In this document: positions 49,213-57,610 of the stretch, piece by piece
Layout of the letters: the number at the start of each line of letters is the position of its first letter
How positions within the stretch are numbered: position 1 is the stretch's first letter
Assembly: GCA_031429105.1 (NCBI GenBank)
Contig: JANOYV010000090.1
Span: forward strand, 2,161-66,160
Source of the DNA: Hyphomicrobiaceae bacterium
GTDB taxonomy: Bacteria > Pseudomonadota > Alphaproteobacteria > Rhizobiales > Hyphomicrobiaceae
DNA length: 64,000 nucleotides
Direction of reading: 5' to 3'
Notes under the pieces: generated by a model
What the model was told of the DNA's origin: nothing
Database searches by the model: none
The model's input: the letters and a program-made list of their open reading frames with translations, nothing else
Position numbers and translations under genes: made by a program

Positions 49213-50895
49213 TTATTTTGCCAAAGCACCGACTCGCCCGATTGGGAGGGTCTTGCCCTGACTGAGCAGAGGGCGCTGCAAGACACCGGACAGTTTGCGC
49301 GCAGAAAATCCGGTGCGCTGGGCTGCGTAAACGAAAGCCTCGGCACTATCGACGGTGCCATCACCGTTGCCGATGGGTGCGAGGTCGGCGTGCCCTGAAA
49401 GTCCTGCAATCCAGTACCGCGTGAATAACGATAAGCCCGTCTCCGCATCAACAAGCGTGCGCTGGTCGCGGTCGGATGCTGTCACCACGGTCAGACCACG
49501 AATGGCAAGCCGTGGCATAACATTTACCCGCGTTTCAGGCGCATTCGGCGCCATGATCGGACTCGATGGAGCGTTGGCGAAATCGACCTCCAGCACAAGC
49601 GTGACGGGACCAGCGCCCATCCGCATCAAGTTCTGATAAAGCGCATCAACCGCATATCCGGTGGTCCGCTCCCGGCGAAAAACCGCATCCGACGGCAACA
49701 AATAAGCTTCTCCATCCTCGCCGCTAATTGCGCCCAGACCCGACATGAACACGAAGATTGGACTGCCTGCTGCGTCCTTCAATCGCTCAGACAACAAACC
49801 TTTTGGGTGCCCGCTGCGACCAAAGACACCTTCCAATTCTGCCCGCGTTGGATCTTTCAGCTCGATCACTCGGTTGCTGCGAAATCCCAATCTCTCGGTC
49901 AATAGCGCGTGGACGCCTGCGGCGTCGCGATCCGCGACCGGACGGCGTGGCAGCCCGTTTGAATAGCCAGTAACGCTGATGACGACAGCAAACGCACCAT
50001 GCGGGTCGCTGGGCCGAACATCGCGACGAAACAAATTGCGGGTGCCACGCAGGACGTCACTCATCACTAAGCCCGTGGCCTCAGGCTTGGTGCGCGCGAT
50101 CCGGCGTGTATCGGGGCACAGTGTTAGATTTCCGGCCTTTTCGATACGGGCAATGTCATCAAGCCCCAACTGCCCTGTGTAAGGAACGCACGCCTTGCAC
50201 CAAGTCAGGCCGAACCGCTTTTCAAAACCCGTTACATCCTCACGATTAAGGTCGGATGGCTGATCCAAGCACGGCAATTCACATTGCGCTATCTCAACCC
50301 GAGCACCATTGCTGCGCACCAGGATTTCTCGCAGTTCAGCAGGCAGGCAAAGCGAGGAGGCGTCCGTCGCCAACGGCGATGCCAGCGGGCGTGCCGTATC
50401 GCTCGCGCTGGAAGCTAAGATTGCAGGGCTTGGAACAGACTTGACGATGGCATCAATCGGTGTGCGCATGACGATGATCGAAGGGCTTGCCGCTGCATTG
50501 CCAAACCGATCAAGGTATCCCCCGCCCGCACTCCAGGCAGATCGACATTGGCGCCACAAAACGGCATGGAGCGCCCAGTCCTGAGCGACGTCATCGCTCT
50601 TCAACTGCATATCATCGCGCAAACGACGCAGTGACTTCACCGTGGCCTGGGTCATGCGCCCACTCTGGCGACCTTCATAAAGGCCCAGTTGCCGCAGGCA
50701 ATATTGAACACGGCCGGCGCGTAGCAGTGGCCGCTTGTAGATCTTCGCCAAACCGCCGGTGGTGGACGCCCCATTGAAACCCTTAATCGAGCCCTGGCCT
50801 GCACTTTGGGCATAGGCGGTCGCCGTGCCAACGAGCACCGCGATCACGCAGCCTACGGCCCAATTCTTTGCACACGGTCGCGGATCGCGATCCAT
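49213..50895 (-). CDS. exported caspase-fold pseudoprotease with a peptidoglycan-binding-like module
   Basis: A signal peptide (..VIAVLVGTATAYAQ) is followed by the PG_binding-like ..RVQYCLRQLGLYEGRQSGRMTQATVKSLRRL.. and a Cys-rich linker (..WCKAC..). The C14-like core (..AFAVVISVTGY..IFVFMSGLGAISGEDGEAYLLPSDA..VTLVLEVDFA..VVTASDRDQ..) has Leu (49735-49737) where the catalytic His sits and Phe (49579-49581) where the catalytic Cys sits. Confidence 0.7.
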   Translation of the reverse strand: MDRDPRPCAKNWAVGCVIAVLVGTATAYAQSAGQGSIKGFNGASTTGGLAKIYKRPLLRAGRVQYCLRQLGLYEGRQSGRMTQATVKSLRRLRDDMQLKSDDVAQDWALHAVLWRQCRSAWSAGGGYLDRFGNAAASPSIIVMRTPIDAIVKSVPSPAILASSASDTARPLASPLATDASSLCLPAELREILVRSNGARVEIAQCELPCLDQPSDLNREDVTGFEKRFGLTWCKACVPYTGQLGLDDIARIEKAGNLTLCPDTRRIARTKPEATGLVMSDVLRGTRNLFRRDVRPSDPHGAFAVVISVTGYSNGLPRRPVADRDAAGVHALLTERLGFRSNRVIELKDPTRAELEGVFGRSGHPKGLLSERLKDAAGSPIFVFMSGLGAISGEDGEAYLLPSDAVFRRERTTGYAVDALYQNLMRMGAGPVTLVLEVDFANAPSSPIMAPNAPETRVNVMPRLAIRGLTVVTASDRDQRTLVDAETGLSLFTRYWIAGLSGHADLAPIGNGDGTVDSAEAFVYAAQRTGFSARKLSGVLQRPLLSQGKTLPIGRVGALAK

Positions 50896-50972
50896 TCGCT
50901 AACTCGTCTCAGTAACTAGCTGCGATATCGATACAATTTGAAGCAACGAAAACACCTCGCTCCAGGTACACG

Positions 50973-53303
50973 CTACCTGACATCGTAGACAATCGCGGTT
51001 CGAGCTTGCAGCTCTGGTACCGCGCGCGCATCGGTTGGAGCCACATCTGCCGAGCGCCCCTTAGCGCGCCTTTGCGGCCGCGCACGCGGCGTCTCAATCG
51101 ACTTCTGGAACCGCGCCGTTGTACCTGGAAGCTGAGCTAAATGCGCGCGCCAATCCCCCAACATAGTAAAGCGCTGCCGCTCGAAATCGTGCTGTAGACC
51201 CTCCGGCGATTTGGACCCGGTCTGACAAATGCCGATCAGCGTCTCTCGCCCTTTGTCACGCAGGCGGAACTGGTAGGCCGCACCGCCGGACGGCAACAGC
51301 AGTTCCTTGCCCGCGACCAGCAAGTTGTTCTGCTCAAACTCGTTCGGAAACAAAACCGTCGCCTGGCCCGAACGATCAAGGCTGATCAACGTCAAGTAGC
51401 AATCCTGATTGGCACGTGCATGGAAAGTCGCAAGATCGCCCGACTGGTAGATGTCCGATTTGGACCACAGCAGCAACTCAAAGTCTGCACGAGGCTCCAG
51501 CGGCACTTCAACTTTGACAAGTGTTTCCGGGGCTCCGCCGTCTGGTGCAAGACGCATTAGAATCCGGTCAGCTTCTGCCCTTGATGCCGCAGCCGCCATT
51601 ACACGGCGCCCCGAAACTGCGAGTTCTGTCGGCAGTCGCATCAGTCGATCGCGCGTCTCCGGTACGGTCAATCCGGCTTCGGCAGCTAACCGCGCGAGGC
51701 CCACGTCCTTGGCGTATTCTCGACCGAGTGCTGCAACGGGCTCAAGGCCGTCGATCAGCAAATTTGGATCAATGCCAGCCTTACGCTGCGCTGCCGCGTA
51801 CCGTTCCTGATCCTCAAAGACCAAGGTATCAAGCTCGGCCTCAGGTGCGTAAAGCTGGAGGACCATGTCCTTAAGCTCACGCGACGCCGCCGGATCAGTT
51901 TCAATGGCTCCACGCATACTATCCTTGACCGCAATAGGCCCGACACGATGACACCCCATGCACGACTGCCCGTTGCCGACCGGGCCAGCCATTGCCATTT
52001 CGTCGCGTTCGACGGCTTCGGGGCTGAAATCAACCCGGTCTCCACGCGCATCATTCAGCGAATAGGCAAAAAAACCATTTGGCAACGTGAACATCGCCTT
52101 CACGCCATCATGCTTGAACGGCACTTTCACAGTATTTGATGCCGTCGGCCCCAGCGGATTGGACGCCAGTTTCTGCCGCCCCTCGCTCGTTGCAAAATCG
52201 TAGGTCAGCCATAGGCTACCGGTTCGCGTCGGATGTCGTTCAACAAGTCGATTGGCCCGCGTAACGGTTGAGACTGCAAGCCCCGCCCGTCTGGCCCTCC
52301 CCGATTTGATGTTAGCGTCAATGTCGACATTCAGGATCCGTTGCAGATTCGCCAACCGCCCTGGCAGACCAAGCAATCGCGGATAGAGCGGGGTCGTCAT
52401 GGCGGCATGGGCGAACCAATCGCCACGCAGTGCAGGCATGGGCGTACCGGTCTGTCGCCGCACGATCTCGCTAAGGCGCGCCGAAGCCAGCGTCGCATAG
52501 GGTTGGGCCTGGATCAGTTTATCCCAATGAGCGCCAACCCAGCCTAGTTCGCCCAGATCAAGTTTCAGCACAGTACCCTCGGAATCGATTACCTCGAGTC
52601 TAATCGGCTCCGGACCCCATGAAAGCGTATTAATGACCTTCGTGATGGCTTGACGATAGCCCGCTAGTGCATCGGAATCGACACAGTTGTTGGCTAAATG
52701 CGTCAACGTTATAAATCGTATGTCTTTACGCTTTTCTTCCGCAATCGAAGCCAGACCAGCCAAAACAGCTTGATCGACTTGCCCCTGAGTGATCGTCCGA
52801 CGCGCTGTACAGGTTTGCGTCGGTTGCGCCAGATCAAGTATCCAGTCGCGGACGGCTTGGATTGCTTCAGCAGTCGGCGCCACATCGAGATCGACGGTCG
52901 CGTGATTGCGCAACATGATTGTATAGAGCGGTGAAGCGTCGGGAACGCCAGGCGTCACCAATGTTGCCTCACGGGCCACATAGTCGAGCGCCAGAATGTT
53001 TGCAAATGGCCGGGCGGCAGCTGGAATCTTCAGACGCCCGGTTTGATGGCAGCGCGCGCAGTGGCCGTCAAACACGGCATAAGCCTTTGCCGCCCGGACA
53101 TCGCTCGGCGGCTGCGGCACAGGGTCGGCGGCCAATCCCGCTGGAATCTCAAGTGGGGCGACATCAGGCGGCGTTTCAGGCGCAGCCGACAGTGACTGCA
53201 TGGCCAACAGGCTTAGCGCGACCGCAGTTAAAGCAGCGGCGACCCCGTTCCAACCAAAAAACACCTGCGCCAATTTCCGCATTTCCACAACGCACCCACT
53301 CAC
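50973..53303 (-). CDS. exported protein with two CxxCH haem-c attachment motifs and a DUF4384-like C-terminal domain
   Basis: 776 aa with a signal peptide (MRKLAQVFFGWNGVAAALTAVALSLLAMQSLSA). CARCH lies at 53046-53060 and CMGCH at 51948-51962. The C-terminal ..LLLWSKSDIYQSGDLATFHARANQDCYLTLISLDRSGQATVLFPN.. resembles DUF4384. The start is the GTG at 53303 or the ATG at 53282. Confidence 0.7.
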   Translation of the reverse strand: MSGCVVEMRKLAQVFFGWNGVAAALTAVALSLLAMQSLSAAPETPPDVAPLEIPAGLAADPVPQPPSDVRAAKAYAVFDGHCARCHQTGRLKIPAAARPFANILALDYVAREATLVTPGVPDASPLYTIMLRNHATVDLDVAPTAEAIQAVRDWILDLAQPTQTCTARRTITQGQVDQAVLAGLASIAEEKRKDIRFITLTHLANNCVDSDALAGYRQAITKVINTLSWGPEPIRLEVIDSEGTVLKLDLGELGWVGAHWDKLIQAQPYATLASARLSEIVRRQTGTPMPALRGDWFAHAAMTTPLYPRLLGLPGRLANLQRILNVDIDANIKSGRARRAGLAVSTVTRANRLVERHPTRTGSLWLTYDFATSEGRQKLASNPLGPTASNTVKVPFKHDGVKAMFTLPNGFFAYSLNDARGDRVDFSPEAVERDEMAMAGPVGNGQSCMGCHRVGPIAVKDSMRGAIETDPAASRELKDMVLQLYAPEAELDTLVFEDQERYAAAQRKAGIDPNLLIDGLEPVAALGREYAKDVGLARLAAEAGLTVPETRDRLMRLPTELAVSGRRVMAAAASRAEADRILMRLAPDGGAPETLVKVEVPLEPRADFELLLWSKSDIYQSGDLATFHARANQDCYLTLISLDRSGQATVLFPNEFEQNNLLVAGKELLLPSGGAAYQFRLRDKGRETLIGICQTGSKSPEGLQHDFERQRFTMLGDWRAHLAQLPGTTARFQKSIETPRARPQRRAKGRSADVAPTDARAVPELQARTAIVYDVR

Positions 53304-53375
53304 TCAGTCCGCCCCAGCGGCGTGACATATAGCGACCGCCCACGGTAGCGAATAGTGCAACAACTGAATTTGCTC

Positions 53376-55289
53376 TCAGCCCGTTATCGCAAGTGCCTTT
53401 AGGGCATCCCTTGTTGTGCGGTCAAAAAGGCCCGTGACACGACCCTTGTAGACGCCCATCGACGTCAGGCGTTTTTGGGTGGCACGTCGTGTTGCAAAGC
53501 TCCAATGATCTTTCATGATCATTGCGTCGGCTGAAGCGGCAGCTTGAGTCCGTGCACCGCCATCACCTTCCACTTTCAGCGCTTGGAGCGATGCGACAAG
53601 GTATTCCGCCGCTCGTCCCGGGTTGCGTTCTACAATCCGGCCCTCGTCGTGCAGGTTGGCGAGTTCGCGCAGAGCGCCCGAGTGCCGCTTTTCCACCGCA
53701 GCGTTGAGCCAACGGATCGCTTCGACCCCGTTGGTTGGACCGCCTTCGCCGCGCATATGCATAAGGGCAAGATTGAACATAGCTCGCGGTTGGCCTTTCT
53801 CTGCTGCAAGCTCGTACCATTTTCGGGCCTCGACATGATCTCGAATGACGCCTTTGCCTTGCGCATACAAATAGCCAAGGCTTGCCATGGCGTGACTATC
53901 GCCTTTGTCGGCCGCCAATCGATAGAGGCGTAAGGCTTCGACCAAATTACCAACGACACCATCGCCGAACTCGTAAAGTGTGCCAAGCGAGGCCTGAGCC
54001 GCCGTGTGATCTGCGTTGGCCGCTTTCTCATACCATGCTGCTGCCTCCGCAATGTTGCGGGCGACACCACGGCCTTTGTCGAACATGCGCGCAAGGTTGT
54101 ACATGGCTGTAACGACGCCGCGTTCAGCCGCGACCCGATAAAGCCGTGCCGCCTCGACGAGCATCTCTGGCTTATCGCCAGCTGCCTCAAGTTTGACCGC
54201 GCGCTCGAACGCACCATCGGCCCCGCCTCGACCGGCCGAAACATCGTTCGAGCCGGTTTGCCACCACGACCAGCCCGTTGGCCGTCGCTCAAGTTGGGCT
54301 AGCTTATAGTGGGCGAGTTCCTCATAAGCCCCGCCTGGATAACTCTCGATGTAACGCTTGAGCGCCGCTGGGTCCTCGGTCGCCTTCACACGATCCCATG
54401 CTGCGATCTCGCTCAGGCGACGCTCGTTTGCTTCTCCCAGTGGTAAAGACGGTCGGCCGCTTGGCTCCTGAGCAACGGTTTTCGCCCGGAAAATGAAGTT
54501 ACCGATCAGAGACGAGTGTTCCCACGGGATTTGTCGGTTCTGGGTCACGGCCAGAACCATCTCACGGGTTTGCTTGAAGACCTCTTCAACAGCCAAGCCA
54601 GGAATCGGGATCGACCGCGCCAGCGCTGCGGTAAATGGGCTGTGTCCATCGCTCCCATCCTGTGCGACCTCGCCTGGCGCGGTCGCATATGCGATCAGCG
54701 TTCCAGCAGGCGCAGATACCGGCGCCAACCCTCGTGATAACGAGCGAACCTGCGATTCATAGGGATTGTTGCGGCACGCATCGAGGATCGCGATGTTGAT
54801 CCGGCTGGCCGCCCCCTTCATGCTGGCCAACAGCTCGGACAAATTGATGGCCTGGAGTGCCACTTCACCCTCGGCGGTGATATCTGCGCCAACGGGGATT
54901 AGATAATTCTGTCCCCCCACTTGCACACCGTGCCCAGCATAATAGAAAACCCCGACTGAGTCAGGACGCCGCAATCGTCGGGCAAATTCCGTAAACGCCT
55001 GTCGCATCGTTTGCATGTTGGCGTCGGTGTGTTTGATAACATCGAAACCGACGCCCTTCAGCGTGCGCGCCATTAGCTCGGCATCGTTCTTCGGGTTGGC
55101 GAGCCGGGCTGACGCATACTCGCTATTGCCGATCACTAACGCAACGCGCGTTTCCGCCCGCAATGGTCCACTTGCAGCGATAGCCAGGGCGAGCATTGCG
55201 CCGACGATCGCCCGGCCCACACCGACCCGATATCGTTTCCAAAGTGGCATTATACCTTCACTGCGATCGGTTGCCGTGGCAGCACCCAT
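53376..55289 (-). CDS. exported caspase-family (peptidase C14) protease with Sel1 repeats and a C-terminal peptidoglycan-binding-like module
   Basis: A signal peptide is followed by ..RVALVIGNSEY..FYYAGHGV.. (His codon 54930-54932) and ..NIAILDACRNNP.. (Cys codon 54774-54776). At least four Sel1 repeats follow (..AMYNLARMFDKGRGV.., ..ASLGTLYEFGDGV.., ..ASLGYLYAQGKGV.., ..AMFNLALMHMRGEGG..). The C-terminus is ..LTSMGVYKGRVTGLFDRTTRDALKAL... An alternative ATG lies at 55250. Confidence 0.85.
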   Translation of the reverse strand: MGAATATDRSEGIMPLWKRYRVGVGRAIVGAMLALAIAASGPLRAETRVALVIGNSEYASARLANPKNDAELMARTLKGVGFDVIKHTDANMQTMRQAFTEFARRLRRPDSVGVFYYAGHGVQVGGQNYLIPVGADITAEGEVALQAINLSELLASMKGAASRINIAILDACRNNPYESQVRSLSRGLAPVSAPAGTLIAYATAPGEVAQDGSDGHSPFTAALARSIPIPGLAVEEVFKQTREMVLAVTQNRQIPWEHSSLIGNFIFRAKTVAQEPSGRPSLPLGEANERRLSEIAAWDRVKATEDPAALKRYIESYPGGAYEELAHYKLAQLERRPTGWSWWQTGSNDVSAGRGGADGAFERAVKLEAAGDKPEMLVEAARLYRVAAERGVVTAMYNLARMFDKGRGVARNIAEAAAWYEKAANADHTAAQASLGTLYEFGDGVVGNLVEALRLYRLAADKGDSHAMASLGYLYAQGKGVIRDHVEARKWYELAAEKGQPRAMFNLALMHMRGEGGPTNGVEAIRWLNAAVEKRHSGALRELANLHDEGRIVERNPGRAAEYLVASLQALKVEGDGGARTQAAASADAMIMKDHWSFATRRATQKRLTSMGVYKGRVTGLFDRTTRDALKALAITG

Positions 55290-55309
55290 CGGACCGGCCC
55301 TGTGGTGAA

Positions 55310-55323
55310 ACGAATCTATTCGT
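55310..55323. promoter_or_regulatory. perfect 6+2+6 palindrome ACGAAT-CT-ATTCGT (candidate operator) containing a GANTC site
   Basis: Read directly from the sequence. It lies 21-73 nt upstream of the candidate starts of the caspase gene. GAATC is at 55312-55316. Confidence 0.3.
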
Positions 55324-55398
55324 GCACAACCATGTGCTCAGACGTAGTGCCCGGCCAGAGGCGCTGTTGCATTGTCCACGACGTTCATGGATCAAAGC

Positions 55399-55413
55399 TT
55401 AATCAAGTATTAA
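55399..55413. promoter_or_regulatory. TTAA-N7-TTAA (CtrA-box-like) motif in an AT-rich divergent spacer
   Basis: ttaatcaagtattaa read directly from the sequence. In this AT-rich context a chance occurrence is plausible. Confidence 0.2.
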
Positions 55414-55541
55414 TATATATAAATAGAGTATTAAATTTCAAAATGGCCAGTTAAGGGCGTTTGACACCACTATTAGACTAACAAGACGTTATCGGTTACA
55501 AAAGAGATAACTGATCGATGCGATGAGTTGGCGGGGCAATC

Positions 55542-55709
55542 ATGGATCTTCAAGCAGCACAACAGATAAATGGTCGGCGTTGGTCTTGGATCAAAGTAAC
55601 CGCGTTCCTGTGTTTTGCGATCGCTTGCGGATTATTGCTGGGCTCGCTGACGTCTGCACCGACGACCAAGTATTCGGGCGTCAAACCACAACAGACATCG
55701 ATCAGATAA
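55542..55709 (+). CDS. candidate 55-aa single-TM small protein (below the ORF-track cutoff)
   Basis: From my translation: MDLQAAQQINGRRWSWIKVTAFLCFAIACGLLLGSLTSAPTTKYSGVKPQQTSIR. A G-rich SD-like GGCGGGG lies 5 nt upstream. A hairpin terminator follows about 80 nt downstream. Confidence 0.3.
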   Translation: MDLQAAQQINGRRWSWIKVTAFLCFAIACGLLLGSLTSAPTTKYSGVKPQQTSIR

Positions 55710-55789
55710 GATTTACGGGCTCATCCAACTGAGACTGAGGCGTGGCCGGCGCCATATCCGGCCTCCCATTCGACTGATCTTCCAACAGA

Positions 55790-55820
55790 CCCCACTCCTC
55801 TTGCTAAGGAGTGGGGTTTC
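55790..55820 (+). terminator. intrinsic terminator-like hairpin
   Basis: ccccactcct-cttgcta-aggagtgggg followed by tttcc. It lies between the small ORF and the 3' end of efp. Confidence 0.55.
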
Positions 55821-55833
55821 CGTTGAGCGCACG

Positions 55834-56403
55834 TCAATCCTTTGCGCGCTCGACGTAGCTGCCATCCTCGATTGTCACCACAACGCGAGTGCCGGTGCCG
55901 ATATGCGGCGGCACCATGATGCGAGCACCATTCGACAGGATTGCCGGTTTGTACGATGACGACGCCGTCTGGCCCTTCACAACTGGATCCGCTTCAACGA
56001 TTTCCAGCGTCACGCGGACCGGCATCTCAATTGAAACCGGGTTGCCGTCATGCGTGCTGACCGAGCACTTCATGCCTTCTTGCAGGTAAATCGCCTGATT
56101 TCCCAAAATGTCCTTGGACACGGTAATCTGCTCAAACGACTCCGGGTGCATGAACACAAAGCCCTGGTCGTCTTCGTACAGGTAGTTATAATCCTGCTCT
56201 TCGAGGTAGGCCCGCTCAACCTGGTCGGTGGTCCGATAGCGCTCGGTCACCTTGACGCCATCCGCAATGCGGCGCAATTCCAAGTGCGTAACCGGCGTGC
56301 CCTTGCCCGGATGAATGTTCTCGGCGTGCATAACCACGGCCAATTTGCCGGCAAGATCGAGTACATTGCCCTTGCGGATCGAGCTAGCTATGACCTTCGT
56401 CAC
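55834..56403 (-). CDS. efp: translation elongation factor P
   Basis: 189 aa with ..[22 protein letters not shown].. (the conserved PGKG loop lysine) and the KOW plus two OB-domain layout. Confidence 0.95.
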   Translation of the reverse strand: MTKVIASSIRKGNVLDLAGKLAVVMHAENIHPGKGTPVTHLELRRIADGVKVTERYRTTDQVERAYLEEQDYNYLYEDDQGFVFMHPESFEQITVSKDILGNQAIYLQEGMKCSVSTHDGNPVSIEMPVRVTLEIVEADPVVKGQTASSSYKPAILSNGARIMVPPHIGTGTRVVVTIEDGSYVERAKD

Positions 56404-56544
56404 AAAACGTCTCCCATATCAGCGCGCAGCAGGATTGGAGCGCACGCCGTGTGCCTCCACAATCGTTGCTGGCGGTCGAATTGGCGCTGTCATTAGCCTG
56501 TTATTCGGCCAAGGCCAAGGGGCGCTCGCCCAAGGTTCGGCAGA

Positions 56545-57603
56545 ATGATCGACAAGCGCCGACGCTCACCCTGGTGGACCCCTTCGGTTCATGCTGATCG
56601 CAGACCGATCTTGTTAGCCCGCAACCGCATCAAATCTGCAATCAGGCGGTGGTTCGAAGACCAGGGCTTCGTCGAAGTGGAAACCGGCTGTCTGCAAGTG
56701 TCGCCGGGCAATGAAACGCACCTTCATGCCTTCAGGACTGAATTAATCGGCACTGACCTCACAGCGCTGCCCTACTATCTGCACACATCCCCGGAATTTG
56801 CCTGCAAAAAGTTACTGGCGGCGGGCGAAGCGAAGATATTCACCTTCGCGCCAGCCTTTCGCAACCGCGAGCGGGGTGCACTTCATGCGCCCGAATTTAC
56901 CATGCTGGAGTGGTATCGGGCGGGTGCCCCTTACGAGCAATTGTGGGACGATTGCGCTGCGATCCTGAAAATCGCGGCAGATGTGTCCGGACAAACCGAC
57001 TGGACCTATCGTGGCCGGCCCTGCGATCTAACCCAATCGCACAACTCGACGACGCTCGATCAGGCTTTTCTCCAGTTTGCCAACATAGCGCTCTACGAGA
57101 TGTTCAATGGGACGATGCCGGATGCGCCGAAGTTTGCGCGCGCCGCTCAAGGAATTGGCGTCAAAACGGCTGGCGATGACACGTGGTCGGACATCTTCGC
57201 ACGCATTTTAACGGAGCGGATCGAGCCGCGCGTCGGGCTCTACCGCCCTGAGATCTTATGCGAGTATCCAACCCATGAAGCAGCACTCGCCCGACCCACG
57301 GTGCACGACCCGCTCGCAGCCGAACGATTCGAGTTGTATGTCTGCGGCGTCGAGCTCGCCAATGGTTTTGGTGAATTGACTGATCCGACCGAACAGCGCC
57401 GCCGCTTCATGATCGAAATGGACGAAAAAGCCCGTATTTATGGCGAGCGCTACCCCTTAGACGAGGATTTTCTTTCAGCTTTAGCACACATGCCTCCGGC
57501 ATCTGGCTGTGCCCTGGGATTTGATCGGCTTGTCATGCTCGCGACAGGCGCACCGACCGTCGACCATGTTCTCTGGACGCCGCTTGCCGAACCGGGCAAA
57601 TAA
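56545..57603 (+). CDS. epmA: EF-P--(R)-beta-lysine ligase (truncated LysRS paralogue, GenX/PoxA)
   Basis: ..LLARNRIKSAIRRWFEDQGFVEVETGCL.., ..YLHTSPEF.., ..FAPAFRNRERGALHAPEFTMLEWY.., ..ELANGFGEL.. are class II aaRS motifs without an anticodon-binding domain. It is divergent from efp. Confidence 0.85.
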   Translation: MIDKRRRSPWWTPSVHADRRPILLARNRIKSAIRRWFEDQGFVEVETGCLQVSPGNETHLHAFRTELIGTDLTALPYYLHTSPEFACKKLLAAGEAKIFTFAPAFRNRERGALHAPEFTMLEWYRAGAPYEQLWDDCAAILKIAADVSGQTDWTYRGRPCDLTQSHNSTTLDQAFLQFANIALYEMFNGTMPDAPKFARAAQGIGVKTAGDDTWSDIFARILTERIEPRVGLYRPEILCEYPTHEAALARPTVHDPLAAERFELYVCGVELANGFGELTDPTEQRRRFMIEMDEKARIYGERYPLDEDFLSALAHMPPASGCALGFDRLVMLATGAPTVDHVLWTPLAEPGK

Positions 57604-57610
57604 CTAACCC

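Noticed and set aside
49213-55289. Caspase cluster as a gasdermin-type or other cytoplasmic abortive-infection defence system
   Set aside because: There is no gasdermin-like, NACHT/STAND, TIR, nuclease or CRISPR component nearby. All three proteins start with export signals and carry peptidoglycan-binding-like or haem-c motifs, which points to the periplasm rather than cytoplasmic phage sensing.
55523-55732. 69-codon plus-strand ORF in the AT-rich spacer
   Set aside because: The translation is featureless (Ser/Thr/Asp-rich, no hydrophobic core). The overlapping 55-codon frame (55542-55709) encodes a clean single TM helix with an SD-like sequence, so it is the better, though still weak, candidate.
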